Source: Eledone cirrhosa (lineage: Eukaryota). From it: DNA of 64,000 nt. Within the stretch, counting starts at the first letter, position 1. Each line of letters begins with the position of its first letter. The notes beneath the pieces are model-generated. The model searched no databases and had not been told where the DNA came from. It saw only the letters and a program-made list of their open reading frames with translations. Both the position numbers and the translations under genes were made by a program. The stretch spans positions 228,904,001 through 228,968,000 of the forward strand of contig OZ024741.1 of assembly GCA_964016885.1 (NCBI GenBank). The letters are read 5' to 3'. This document shows, one piece after another, positions 1 through 15,351 of the stretch.

Positions 1-13
1 GAATAAGTATGCG

Positions 14-235
14 ACGCGAGGAAATGGTTTGGTTAGTGTTAGTCTGTTAAGAGGTCGTGTCTTTATTTCGCGTTGTTACAGTTCACTCAATTGGGAAGAA
101 ATTGTCACTGATGCCAAGCTGTCACTGATACCAAGCTGTAAAGGCCTTTGCATTTCTCTTGGGCAACATCGATAGTGTGGAAAGAGGAGACAGATGGTAA
201 GATTGTGTGGTATATGTCTGTCCATAGTTGGAAAT
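14..235 (+). mobile_element. Degenerate tRNA-derived SINE (family A)
   Basis: gtcactgatgccaagct...tctcttgggcaacatcgatagtgtggaaagagg resembles the intact copy at 19850-20194; carries a 17-bp tandem duplication at 103-137. Confidence 0.55.
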
Positions 236-279
236 TCTACATCTACTGCTTGATCTTGATATTACTAAGGCAGCGAATT

Positions 280-470
280 GCTAAATGTCATTAGGACTTC
301 GTGTTCAAATCTCGCCGAGGTCAACTTTGTCTTTCATTTGTTGAGGTCGATAAATAAAGTGCCAGTCCAGTACTGGAGTCGATTTTTCCTTTATTTACCA
401 CATTCTTTCTTTCTCTGGAAGAAATCGGTTGTGTTACGACCTGGAAAGCGATGGGCTTTGCCAGGTTTAA
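280..470 (+). mobile_element. Degenerate SINE family B
   Basis: gttcaaatctcgccgaggtcaactttg...gtcgataaataaagtgccagt matches the many family B copies. Confidence 0.7.
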
Positions 471-902
471 AATAACTAAGACTTGTGTCAGGACGGCGCC
501 CCCTATGAATAGATCAGGAGTTAAAAGCTCATTACCTTTACATTCCATGATATTACTAAATTTCATTTACAAACTTGAGTTTCTTCAGTGACTTGCAGAA
601 TTGTAATTTATTGATGAAGATATTTTTAATACCGAATTTTTTTTAAATATATCATTACTATTGGTTTATGATTTATGAACGCTTTTATAAATATGTTTTC
701 TTGAAATTGTCTCTGTATGGTTCTACTGCTTGTTCTACTAAAATGTTTGTATAGCAGTTATTAGGTAGTACACACACATATATACATATACATACATATA
801 TATATTATATATATATGTAGGAGGTGAGTTTTATTGTAGTACAATAAAGCAATGCAGATATCGGATAAGAAGCACTCTACAGTTTGTAGGACTGGAGTAT
901 AC

Positions 903-987
<85 letters not shown>

Positions 988-1218
988 CGCCAGCACCAAC
1001 AGTTTTGAAGAGATGTCAACATGAATGGAGCTGTTATTTTCATCTAAGTTTATCCAATACCAACCCGCCCGTCCGCTCAATCTATCTTATTTCTCATTCT
1101 TTCTTCTGGTGAATGAGTAGCGACGGAAACGTTAAGACCCTCTCCCGGCTATATCAAGCGTTAACCTAATATATCCGTTGCATATAATGTACCGATTGTG
1201 TCGCTATATCTGTTTACC

Positions 1219-1222
<4 letters not shown>
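988..1222 (+). repeat. Hammerhead-bearing repeat family H3, degenerate copy (PLE terminal-repeat-like)
   Basis: Similar to 14596-14840; core mutated to CTGGTGA...GAAACGTT; flanked by (TA)n and (CA)n. Confidence 0.6.
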
Positions 1223-1305
<83 letters not shown>

Positions 1306-1483
1306 ATTTTAGACGAATTAAATGATATAAACAGACAAGTTCCGATCTTCAGCCGTCTATATCCAGCGTGGATATCCAGAGATATCACAGAATTCAAAGG
1401 GGATCTCAGATTTCGATATCTTAAGGATGCTACTGCCGCTAAGAAAATGACCATAGATTTCTTCTAAGTTGCATATTCTAAGT

Positions 1484-1561
<78 letters not shown>

Positions 1562-1719
1562 ACTTAGGGTCTGATACCATCAACACTATAAGCACAGAGC
1601 TGGCATATCTAAGAACTGACTAACTGCCTGATGAGGTCAAAGCCATTCAATGGCTATCATCGAAATATATATACTAGTAAATAAAGGATTATGAGTTCAT
1701 GCAATTGACTTATGTTTCG

Positions 1720-1754
<35 letters not shown>

Positions 1755-1855
1755 CTGCTTTCACCCTTAACGGGATCTTCTGAAACTTATATATTTGATA
1801 TATACTTATCTTTATCGAACCCTCTTTGGATTTTAGTCTTCACATTTATTATTAT

Positions 1856-1889
<34 letters not shown>

Positions 1890-1895
1890 ATAATA

Positions 1896-3225
1896 AAATT
1901 CCAAGTCTTCCCATTTTATCTTTGCGCTGACAATACAACTGAACAAATACGAATAAATAAGGAAAATGTGTTTACTCAAAAATATAGATCAGCATTATAT
2001 ATAGTTTAATGTACATTATGTCAACACTATACCATACTAACCATCCAAACAGACACATACATAACACCTTCTACTTAGAAAATAAAAAAAACAAGTAAAT
2101 AAACCTTAACTTACGTTAATACTCTAACACCTTAACATGCTAACCACGCACCCCCACACACACATAACTCACTCACCCATTTCTACTAACGGAATCATTT
2201 CCTACACACACAAAAATATATATATATATATATTCTCTCCATCTTAATATGCTAACCATACTCGCACACACACTTACACACACATAACACCCATAACACA
2301 CACACACACACCCACACACCCACACACCCCTACACACACACCAGCACGCAAATAAACATACATATCTCTACTTTCTTTATTTCGATAGAAAGTCTTAATT
2401 TGGACACCCCCACATCAGACATACTCACTGAACCAGAACAATTCTCCCCATTCCGTTTTTCTTGACCATTATCCTTTGTTTGGCACAAAATTCTCTAAAA
2501 GGCTACACAATACATCCCCAAATACGGGCGTGAAATTTAATGTACTTGTTCAAGTGACAGTCATAATTTCATTTATAACCAATCAAATTACATTTCAGCA
2601 CATCAAACATACTGAGAACAACTCTCTCCATCCCTTTTTCTTGACCATTATCTTTTGTTTGGCACAAAATTCTCTAAATGGCTACAAACAAATTCCAAAA
2701 TATGGGCGCAAATTTTAATGTACTTGGTCACGTGACAGTCATAATTTCATTTATAACCAATCAAATTACATTTATAAAAAAAAGGCTTCGTGAGCCCCTT
2801 TTTTAAGTAAAAAGAAATTCAAACACAAACTGGCGCGAAAGCTGATGTACTTATTCACGTAACTGCATCAACCAATCAAACTTCACTCATATATGAAAAA
2901 ATAACCTGAGCCCCCCCCCCCCCCCCCGCCCTCTTTTTGAAGGCAAATATAATAAGAACTTTGTAACGCAAACTGGCGCGAAATTTATTATACTTATTCA
3001 CCAACCAACCAAATTACTTCTCTAAAAACCTAGCATTTCGAGCCACTTTTTCTCATATAAAAGAGAAGTAACATTCAAACACCAACCAGATGTGAGAAAA
3101 ACCACAAACTCTCCATCTCAATTCTACTTTTGAAAAGCAAAAGAACTGCGAAACCGGTAAAGGAACCAAATAAATTTATATTTAAAAAAAAGAAGACTTT
3201 TCGATTTCAACTTTTTTTCTTTTTT

Positions 3226-3230
<5 letters not shown>
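1896..3230 (+). mobile_element. 5'-truncated Penelope-like element: GIY-YIG C-terminus plus long 3' UTR
   Basis: From 1896 it translates KFQVFPFYLCADNTTEQIRINKENVFTQKYRSAL, like the GIY-YIG end at 59700-59800 (NIFPIYKFIDNATFIHRTNNETYFINKFQPLLN); degenerate hammerhead-like GAAACCGGTA near 3150; (TA)n on both sides. Confidence 0.6.
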
Positions 3231-3276
<46 letters not shown>

Positions 3277-3278
<2 letters not shown>

Positions 3279-4746
3279 GATTAAAAGTTTAACAAGGTTC
3301 AATGAATTCATCAATGAATAAAGTTTCACAATAGATTATAAGCACTCTACCAAAGGTTTTCTGGAGTTATTAATATTACTTCAAAATATTAATAAATATA
3401 GACATTCATGTGATCAAATATATTTTATTATACATATTTCAGAGATACTGAACTATTTGAACAGTACGTCCTCATCAGATAAAATAATTATGATAAGTTA
3501 ATTAACAAAAAAAGTGAATTATTCTCAAATTGCTTGCACAAAGCTACATCTACATTCCAAGCTTCACAAAGAATCAGGAAAAAACATTGAATAAATGTGA
3601 AATGATGTAGACGTTTATTAATAACTTTGAGTGTGAAACAATATTGTCTCAGATTAAAAATTCTTGTAATGCTTTTATTGTTTATACTATTATTAATATT
3701 AGATTAAGGGTTTCTACCTTAACATTGAAAGTGTTAACCTGATCTCTTGTTGAGTACGTATGACCCTTACATTGTTTAAATACATTTAATTTTGGTTTTC
3801 GTATTTTCTAAATCTTATATCTGATATATGTGATACCTTTAATGTATTCAGGCTGGTAAACCGTTTAATTATTTTGAAAGGTTATTTACGATTCATGGGG
3901 ATATGATTATACATTTATAGTATAAAAGTCTCCTTAGATCCAAGTTGATAGATTTGTTTGGTATACTTAAATTGATGTAAAATTTTAAATACAGTAAACT
4001 CTAGTTGAATTAAATTTATAACACATCAACAGAAATTATACTACATATAAGTGAATAATATCGTCTTAAACCTTAAAATTTATAGTCTATATATAAATTA
4101 TATAAATGTGTATATCTAGATAAATCTGGTTTAATAATATTTTATTAGATACATTTATAATGCTTTATGACTTATTAATAACATTTTAATTTTAATTTTT
4201 TTTTTTACTAATATATTGATTATATTCTTGATTTTAATATACTTTTAAATATACTTGTGAATACCTTTGGAGTTATGATGGACATAAATGTATCTCTTTC
4301 ACGTTACATTTGCTTGAACTCAGATATAAAACAATAATATAAATCCTTTAAAATGTTATATGTCATTCGATTAATTGGCTATTTTCAATTAACTTAAGAT
4401 TTGAAAATAAACGGTCACGCATTATTTAAATTTTTAACAGTTATAGAAGTTTATGTATTATATATTATTAATTATTTATAGATCTTTTTACACATTCCCA
4501 TACCCACCCTCTGTATTATATGTAATTTTTCATGTTTCAACTTAAGGTATATAAATATTGAGTTTTGTCATAACTAATCACTGCCATGACTTAATTATGA
4601 CCATCAACATAGTCAAGGTATGTCAAGCATCAACTTATTTTATCTGATGAGGACGTACTGTTGAAATAGTTCAGTATCTCTGAAATATGTATAATAAAAT
4701 ATATTTGATCACATGAATGTCTATATTTATTAATATTTTGAAGTAA

Positions 4747-4750
<4 letters not shown>
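3277..4750 (+). mobile_element. 5'-truncated Penelope-like element with inverted 5' pLTR
   Basis: 3485-3600 matches the ORF end of the PLE at 41962-42070 (LINKKSELFSNCLHKA); 3371-3487 is the reverse complement of 4635-4750; (TA)n flanks. Confidence 0.8.
4636..4701 (+). ncRNA. Type I hammerhead ribozyme (family H5); inverted copy at 3421-3486 (-)
   Basis: Stem I tattttat/ataaaata, CTGATGA 4644-4650, stem II including tactg/cagta, GAAA 4682-4685, short stem III, AUA triplet. Confidence 0.6.
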
Positions 4751-4805
<55 letters not shown>

Positions 4806-4973
4806 GAAATGCTTGGTGGTTACCACAAATCATGGAAAAATTATACATTTTCTATGTATTTTATCTGAGGAGGACATGTTTTGCTTTATGTTATAGATAA
4901 AACTTTACATCTTATATATAATGAAATAAATAGTATAGACATAGATATAAAGTATATATCTTTCGTTTATTAC

Positions 4974-5035
<62 letters not shown>

Positions 5036-5039
<4 letters not shown>

Positions 5040-5570
5040 GGAAAAGAATGAAGGGAAATTTCATTTCTCACTCTTAGTACGGCTGATACCTAAATATAAG
5101 TATGTATACGTACATACATATATGTGTACAGACGTACAGTAGTATGTATATATATACATACATGCACACACATATATATATGTACGTATGGGTTTACCGA
5201 ACATTTATTATAATACTTGGTTTGTTTGTAAACAAACAGCCCCAATTACGCCGTACAGTGTTCGGCAACCATCGTCGCCCTTTTGTTCAACACTGACACA
5301 GGAACGATGTACTAGTTTCAAGCTTATTAGCTATCGTCAGCAACGTATACCTTGCTGTCAGATGATAGAACGTTTTAAAGTATATACATTCCTTATGCAT
5401 ATTATCGACTGAGCAGCCTAATTTGCATATCGAGTGAGTTAGTCGGCCGGGTGTACCGAAAACGATAAATGGAAAAGAATGAAACGAAATTTCATTTTTC
5501 ACTCTTAGTACGGCTGATACCTAAATATAAGTATGTATAAGTACATACATATATGTGTTCAGACGTATTA
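5036..5570 (-). mobile_element. H1 hammerhead repeat, 1.2 tandem units (period 431 bp)
   Basis: aaatggaaaagaatg recurs at 5036 and 5467; hammerhead on the minus strand at about 5304-5346. Confidence 0.8.
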
Positions 5571-5825
5571 ATGACGAATTAATTAATTAAATAATCAACA
5601 ATCAGAGCAATATATAAGAAAGTAAGTCCATAGAATCATTTGATAAAATATATACAGTATTTCTTCTCCCAATCAGCATAATCAACGATTAATTGATTTT
5701 TTTATGTGGTTGATTATGCTGATTGGGAGAAGAAATACTGTATATATTTTATCAAATGATTCTATGGTCTTACTTTCTTATATATTGCTCTGATTGTTGA
5801 TTATTTAATTAATTAATTCGTCATT
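5570..5825. repeat. Fold-back inverted repeat (~117-bp arms)
   Basis: aatgacgaatt...gcataatcaac / gttgattatgc...aattcgtcatt; part of it is repeated directly at 6383-6473. Confidence 0.85.
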
Positions 5826-6469
5826 GAGCCACACCGTGAATGGTTGCCAAAAACATATATATATGGCTCAGTCTAGTTTATGTATATGTAAACCTCTATA
5901 TTTTATATACTCCCGTAAGGTTGAGTAAAACCTTAGGCTGTATTCGGCTGCGCTTTCTAGCAAACATCCTACTCGCCGTCAGGCACCAATCACAAGCTTT
6001 CTGACTTGACCACTGGCCATGTGACAATTCTTAGCCATTTTGAATTCCTTTCTGGCGGGGATCATTTAAGAAAAATATTTGTCCAATTGAGTTTGTTTCC
6101 TAATGATTTCGAAACTCGTTGATTTATCCATGATCGGATATTTTCAAAAAGCGAATGAAACTTCAATAGGTAGAAACATAATTTTGGTATGTTTATGTAC
6201 ATTTTTTCTTCTAACTTTGATTTTGTACCTAATTGTGTATGGTTAACTATATGTCTAGTCAATTTCTACGGGCTATTAGGAATACTAGGTAAATCTTCTG
6301 TGGTTGTGAATCGCGGATAAAATAGCTATCATTTATTTATCTATTGTTTCTTCATAGGTACATTTTAAACTTATAGCCTCGTTTAATTGATTTTTTATGT
6401 GGGTGATTATGCTGATTGGGAGAAGAAATACTGTATATATTTCATCAAATGATTCTATGGACTTACTTT

Positions 6470-6554
<85 letters not shown>

Positions 6555-6731
6555 GTAATAAACGAACGATATGTACTTTATATCATCTCTATTTATTTCA
6601 TTAAATATAAGATGTAAAGTTTTATGTATAACATAAACCAAAACATGTCCTCCTCAGATAAAATACATAGAAAATGTATCATTTTTTCCTGATTTGTTGG
6701 TAACAACCAAGCATTTCATTGATTTCATTGA

Positions 6732-6834
<103 letters not shown>

Positions 6835-7524
6835 CGTGTGTGTATATGTGTATGAATGGGTGTTTAAAATACTGTAGCACTATAGACATTCAAACATTAA
6901 CTGAATGAGCACTCCGTAGGTGTAAGTAAAGCGTAAGTTTTATTTTCTGGATAGAAAACTGGAAGTGACTTCGAAGTTTCAGTTTGATCATTTCATATAT
7001 TTATATACAGATAAACAGATATACAGATATATGTCAACCTGAATATGTATATTTATACATATATGAGCATATGTATGTATCTGTGTGTATATGTTTTTGT
7101 GTGTGAGTGTGTAGGTGTGTGTGCGTGCGTTATATAAATACCAAATCTATTTTGAAACGTGAGAAGGGTTTACGTCCTGTTTCTATTATCAACACAGTGT
7201 TAAACGGAATTGACATATTTCAGTTTGTGAAAACGTTGGTTCCGGACTGTGATGAGGTCCTGGAGGACTTGAGATTTCTGATTTAATACCACATCCTTCA
7301 ACCGCATCCCATTCCTGGCCTTCTCAGCGACACAATCTACCAGTTAGACTCAACCATCTCTAATAACCTTGTAATCATAACTATCACTACCATCACGAAC
7401 ACTATCACCGCCACCATCCTCGACAATATCTTCCCCACCGCTATTATCAGTGTGTGCGTGTTTGTGTATTTCACTTTCTCTCTCTCACTCTCTCTCTCCC
7501 TCTCGTTCTCTCCCCCTCTCTCAC

Positions 7525-9128
<1,604 letters not shown>

Positions 9129-9160
9129 ATATAAATATATATATATATATATATTATAAA

Positions 9161-9194
<34 letters not shown>

Positions 9195-9706
9195 CACACA
9201 CACTCATACACACACACAAACGCACATATACATATATATATATCAAATACATGCTTGTCTGTGTGCGGGTGTGTGTATGTGTATGTTGTGTTTGTGTAAG
9301 TGCGCGTGCTTGTATGTGTGTGTTTACGTGTGTGTAAGAGCTTGTGCAAGAGAGTGAGTGGGAATGTGTATTTGCGTATGTTTATGTGTGTAAGTGTGTG
9401 TATGTGTGTGTGTGTATATGTGTGTGCGTGTGTGTGTGTGTGTGTATGTGTGTGCAAAAAGAAAATAGGAATAACAAATCAAATGACACAGTTCATTGAA
9501 GAAATATATTAATTTAACCTTTGAAATAACAGGAAGAGATGCTTAATGTTTCGGACACTAGTCTTTCATCAGAAAATAGAGTTAAAAATAAAAGTTAAAC
9601 TAAAAAGATAATGAGTACGGCAGGAACGAGATAAAAAAAAGAAAAAAATGTGAAAAAGACACGTGCATAATCAGTCAGCAGTCATTTTGGATATATATAT
9701 ATAAAG

Positions 9707-9902
<196 letters not shown>

Positions 9903-10679
9903 TTGCGCGTATGTGTCTCTGTGTGTATATTCGCGTGCTTGTACATACATGTTGGCTGCAAACTCTGCTAAAAGTATTGCAATCGCTTGTCAGATTATAG
10001 AGTTTGGGGCACTTTTAGGCTACGGCTAATCACACAAACCTGTAACATATTTTGAACAAGCAATACCTGTGCTTTGAAGGTTTTTAAAGTGGGGAAAGAC
10101 CTTGCACTCGACCAATTCCACTCTCTGAGCATCGAAAACAGTACCTGAAAAGTAGAACTTGTCAACATCACCGGATGCTTCCGAAGCCGCAGGTTTTTTT
10201 TTTTTTCAAATTTGCCCTCTCCTAGAAAAGTGTTGTGACAGAACTGGGAGCACCTCACTCCCAGTTAAAATTAAAATAATTTTTTTTAAAACTACTATTC
10301 GGATGGGCGTTTTTCCACCCTTTACCGGGTCTTATATTTCATCCCGAAGTGTGTCCAAATATCAGCCTCCTCACCAAGCAAGCTTGGTGGGGTTGCCGGT
10401 TTAGTCGCCGACGACCCGACCATGAGACAGGTTGTACTTGGTTACCAGTAGCACTCGATAGCGACCTGACATACATACTACATTATAGCATAGATATATC
10501 ATTATATTATTCGCTGGCCTTGTGCGTGGACGTACGTGTGTGCGCGCACGTGTCTGAGCATACGTGCGTGTGTGTTTAGATTTATGGATTTTGTGTGTGT
10601 GTGTATACGCACGCGTTAAATATTTAAAGGTACCAATTATAAACACATAAGATTTTATAACTCTTACTGATATCAACAT

Positions 10680-11042
10680 TAGTGGGTCCCAAGCATACTC
10701 ATGATATTGTTATATGCTCTGCAAAAATATCATCGGCCGTTAATTATTTGGAACGATTCGTCTAAAAATGATCACAATAAGCGAATTAGCGGAGATTACG
10801 TCCCTAGAGTACCGGCGAAGAATGTAAAACCGCGAATATTGGACGTGGTCCATAGAAATGCCTGTAATTGTCAAAATATGACGTAAAATATAGGCCGGCA
10901 AATACGGTATATTGTTATTAATTATTTAGCATTACGATCCCGCGAATATGCGGTGGCTTCCACGAAAAATTATTAGTTAGGTTCTAAGGAAAAATAACTG
11001 GGATCGCGAATGCCGAACCGCGAATACACGGAGGTACACTTT
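10680..11042. mobile_element. Possible degenerate Tc1/mariner (pogo/Tigger-like) MITE
   Basis: Repeated ccgcgaata motifs and right end ccgcgaatacacggaggtacact; left TIR poorly preserved. Confidence 0.3.
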
Positions 11043-11073
11043 ATTTAATTATTTCTTTTGTATTTATATTCTA

Positions 11074-11572
11074 CTAGACCACCCGTGACTCGTTGGAGTC
11101 ACTTCAAAATATTTTTTTTAAATCATGTTCACTTAAAAATAAATTTTAACTAATTAAAATATACACAGACATGTACATAAAGTGAAATGAAACTGGAAGG
11201 CGTGTGTGAATGTATATATATAAATGTGTGTGTAAATATATATATGTGGGTTTCTATGATCTATACTCACTGATCAAAGACACACACACACACATACACA
11301 CAGACACTCACATACATATATACAACAACACCTCAAGTTCATTCTCTCTCTTCCATTCTCCTTCTCTGTCTCCTCTCCTTCTCTCTATATCTCTCTTTCT
11401 CTCACTCTCTGTTTATGAAAAACCCCATATCTCGGAAAAAAACCATACCTCGGTAACCTGTGGTCCGATTTACACGAAACATGTTTTATTCCATTTGTAT
11501 TCCCATTTTAGGGTCAACTTCCTTTCAAAGAATTTCCGATTATACACCCTTTTGGCTGTATTATAATATAGA
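11074..11572 (-). mobile_element. Probable non-autonomous Helitron
   Basis: Minus-strand TCtatattat start, ccgatttacacgaaac motif shared with the 37.6-39.4 kb element, CTAG end at 11074. Confidence 0.45.
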
Positions 11573-11971
11573 CAAGTAAGTAAGCAAGCAATCACAGGAA
11601 TTTTGTAATATATAGATAATATCAAACATATTACTAATTATATCTACAAAAATATTAAGCAATAAAACATCTATTAAAGCTATGTTCAGACTATGTAATA
11701 GGCATATGGTACAGTAAAACCTGAATGTGGTTGACCTTGAATATTCGTAGCAAAATTATAAGCCAAATATTGAATTTTTTTTTATCAATAAGCACTATCA
11801 ATTATAGCCTCGATGGTGTGCTATACATATATGTGGACTTATGTGTGTCAGTGTGTCTTTGCATATCTGAGTGTGTTTATGTATATATTCATATATATAT
11901 ATATATATATATTTATATACAGAAACATATATATATATATATATATATATATGTTTCTGTATATAAATATA

Positions 11972-12006
<35 letters not shown>

Positions 12007-12018
12007 GAATATATATAT

Positions 12019-12095
<77 letters not shown>

Positions 12096-12102
12096 CAGAA
12101 AC

Positions 12103-12266
<164 letters not shown>

Positions 12267-12453
12267 AAAAATTGAACGGGAACAAAACAGAGAGGCAGTA
12301 CGAACAAAGGTTTATTAGTTTCACGCTCTTGATATATGCATATATATATATATATATAACCTGTTAGTTCTTTCGTTACTTTGGTATTTTGTGGTTGGGT
12401 TTTGCCTAACGCAATATTCAATTTGTCAAGCTATTTAAACGTATGTTATTACT

Positions 12454-12628
12454 TGGCAGTATCGGGAGAGGGTCAGACACCATGCTTTCCAGCATAGTTA
12501 CGTCCCTTTACGATCTGAGTTCAAATCCCGCCGAGGTTCACTTTGCCTTTCATCCTTACGGGGTCGATAAAATAAAGTACCAGTAATGCACTGGGTGTTT
12601 GCTGGCCTTGTGCCTAAAGTAGAAACAA
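12454..12628 (+). mobile_element. SINE family B with 8-bp TSD (ttattact)
   Basis: A box tggcagtatcgg, B box gagttcaaatccc; inserted into a repeat whose empty form is at 56535-56600. Confidence 0.85.
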
Positions 12629-12738
12629 TTATTACTCTAAGGACCTACCCTTATTGAGTGCTTTGCTAACTCATTCCTATTGTAGGTCGACTTTGCTTGG
12701 CCACAGCCATAGCTTCGATTTTATTAAGCTTACACTTG

Positions 12739-12771
<33 letters not shown>

Positions 12772-12896
12772 TCCTGTAGTAGAAGCCATTTCTATATTAA
12801 ACATTTATACTCTGCTATGTATTGAGTACCTTACTTACTGTGGTTATCACCCCCCCCCCCCCCATTGAGCCCGGGATATACACACACACACACACA

Positions 12897-12931
<35 letters not shown>

Positions 12932-12932
<1 letters not shown>

Positions 12933-13119
12933 ACGAAGGAGTTGTGGTAAGGAACCAGATGGACCATAACGCACCAGAGTACTCAATACTTAGGGTAGTA
13001 GAGTGGGTAATAGGAAAATGTATGACCCCGACGGCAGAGCTCAAGCCGTTTCGACAGCTATTTCTGGAACCAGAAATAGCCGTCGAAACGGCTTGAGCTC
13101 TGCCGTAAGGGTCATACAT

Positions 13120-13125
<6 letters not shown>
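12932..13125. repeat. PLE-pLTR-like repeat with internal fold-back (related copies 14082-14272 and 58456-58592)
   Basis: cggcagagctcaagccgtttcgac...gtcgaaacggcttgagctctgccg hairpin; (TA)n flanks. Confidence 0.7.
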
Positions 13126-13165
<40 letters not shown>

Positions 13166-13324
13166 GGCTGTGTCGTTAAGATATTTCTTTCCAAACTTCC
13201 GTGTGTGCAGGTATGTGTGTGTTGCTGAGAATTAGAGTGTTTGTATGAGTCTGTCTATTCATATCCCATCTATTCACCTGCGTATGTGTGCGCATTTATG
13301 TGTATATATCTGTATATATTATTT

Positions 13325-13530
13325 GTACTATATGCACAAGGCCAGTAATTTGGGGGAAGGAGGAAGTTGATCCCCCAGTTCATTAATGGTACTTTATTTT
13401 ATCGAAGCCGTAAGGATGAAAGGTAAAGCTAACCTCAGCGGCATTTGAACTAAGAACGTAAAGGGCCATAACTCTATGCTGCAAAGTAGTTTGCCCGACG
13501 CTCTACCGATTCTGCCAATCCACCGCCCTT
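13325..13530 (-). mobile_element. SINE family B
   Basis: Reverse complement of the family B consensus, ending gccaatccaccgccc. Confidence 0.8.
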
Positions 13531-13829
13531 ATATGTGCGTATATATGGAAAGGAGTACGATGTAAGTGAGGAAAGAGAATGTAAAGAAAATGCATAAATA
13601 AATAAATAAATAAATAATAAGGATTGTGGTATGAGGAATAATACAATGGAAGTATTTCGCAGATGAAGTGTCCATGCTTCTCTTTGACAAGACACTTCAT
13701 TCTACTGGAGCCATACTTCTTATGATTTCCACTTGAGACCCGCAACTCGTCAGGACACGCAACTCGTCAGGACACGATTAGACTACTTTCAATGTACTGC
13801 CCCCCCTCCCCCTCTCTCTCTTTATCTAC

Positions 13830-13895
<66 letters not shown>

Positions 13896-14050
13896 GTCTC
13901 CCTCTCTTTCTCTGCGTGTGTGTGTATTTATATGTATGAGTAAATGTATATAGATGTGTATACACACGCACACAAACACACACACATATATATACACATA
14001 AACAAGATGTGTATATAGATGTGTATAAACACACACACAAATATATACAC

Positions 14051-14081
<31 letters not shown>

Positions 14082-14274
14082 GGAAAATGTTAAACCCCGA
14101 CGGCAGAGCTCAAGCAGTTTCGACGGCTACTTCTGGACAGAAATAGCCGTCGAAACGGCTTGAGCTCTGCCGTCGGAGTCTAACATTTTCCTATTACCCA
14201 CTCTACTACCCTAAGTATTGAGTACTCTGGTGCGTTATGGTCCATCTGGTTCCTTACCACATTTCCTTCGTCGG

Positions 14275-14327
<53 letters not shown>

Positions 14328-14436
14328 TAGAAAGAGAGAGAGAGGGAATAGCTTGATAGATAGATAGATATGAATATGCGTGTGAGTATGTAACATATGT
14401 ATGTGTGTGTGTATATGTATATGTGTGTGTGTGTGT

Positions 14437-14484
<48 letters not shown>

Positions 14485-14718
14485 CCCGGGTTCAATCGGG
14501 GGTAACCACAGTAAGTAAGGTACTCAATACATAGCAGTATGTGTATATAAGAGGCGCTCCATCATCCACTTCTAAAAGAAATAAACCATAAACGAAACGC
14601 TGGCAACAACAGTTTTTCAAGAGATCTCAACATGAATGGACCTGTTATTTTTATCTAAAGACATTTTTTTGCAATTCCAATCCGCTCGCCCCTTCAATCT
14701 ATCTTATTTCTTATTCTT

Positions 14719-14754
14719 TCTTCTGATGAAGGACTAGCGCCCGAAACGTTAAGA
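14719..14754 (+). ncRNA. Minimal type I hammerhead ribozyme (family H3)
   Basis: tctt CTGATGA aggactagcgccc GAAA cgtt aaga: stem I tctt/aaga, palindromic stem III ACGT, GUU triplet; homolog at about 9543-9575 (-). Confidence 0.6.
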
Positions 14755-14935
14755 CCCTCTTCCTGCTATATCAAGCGTTAACATAATATATTCCAGCGAT
14801 ATACTGTACCGATTGTGTTGTTATTTCTGTTTACCTTTTACACACACACACACACACATATATATATATTATTACGTAAAAGGTAAACAGATATAACAAC
14901 ACAATCGGTATAGTATATGGAAGGGATATATTATG

Positions 14936-15028
<93 letters not shown>

Positions 15029-15307
15029 TGTGTGTTGTGTGTGTGTGTATATATATATATGTATAACACACATTTAATATAGAAATGGCTTCTACAGGAC
15101 TAAAACTGTTTCATTTATGTAAATGCCATTTGTATATTAAATGTGTTGTATATACTCTACTAATGTATTGAGTATTTTACTTACTCTGTTTAACCCGGGA
15201 CTCAGCCCGTCACCTCAATCTATCTTCTTTCTCATTCTTTCTTCAAGCGTTAACCTAATATATCCCTTCAATGGTACCGATTGTGTTGTTATTTCTGTTT
15301 ACCTTTT

Positions 15308-15351
<44 letters not shown>

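Larger units (their letters stand above)
4806..6718. repeat. Inverted pair of ~170-bp PLE-pLTR-like arms (4806-4978 and 6551-6718)
   Basis: Arms are reverse complements with scattered mismatches; they contain tattttatCTGAGGAggac, similar to H5. Confidence 0.65.

Noticed and set aside
1620-1680. CTGATGA-hairpin-GAAA at 1628
   Set aside because: Stem II is present but stem I cannot be formed; at best a decayed copy
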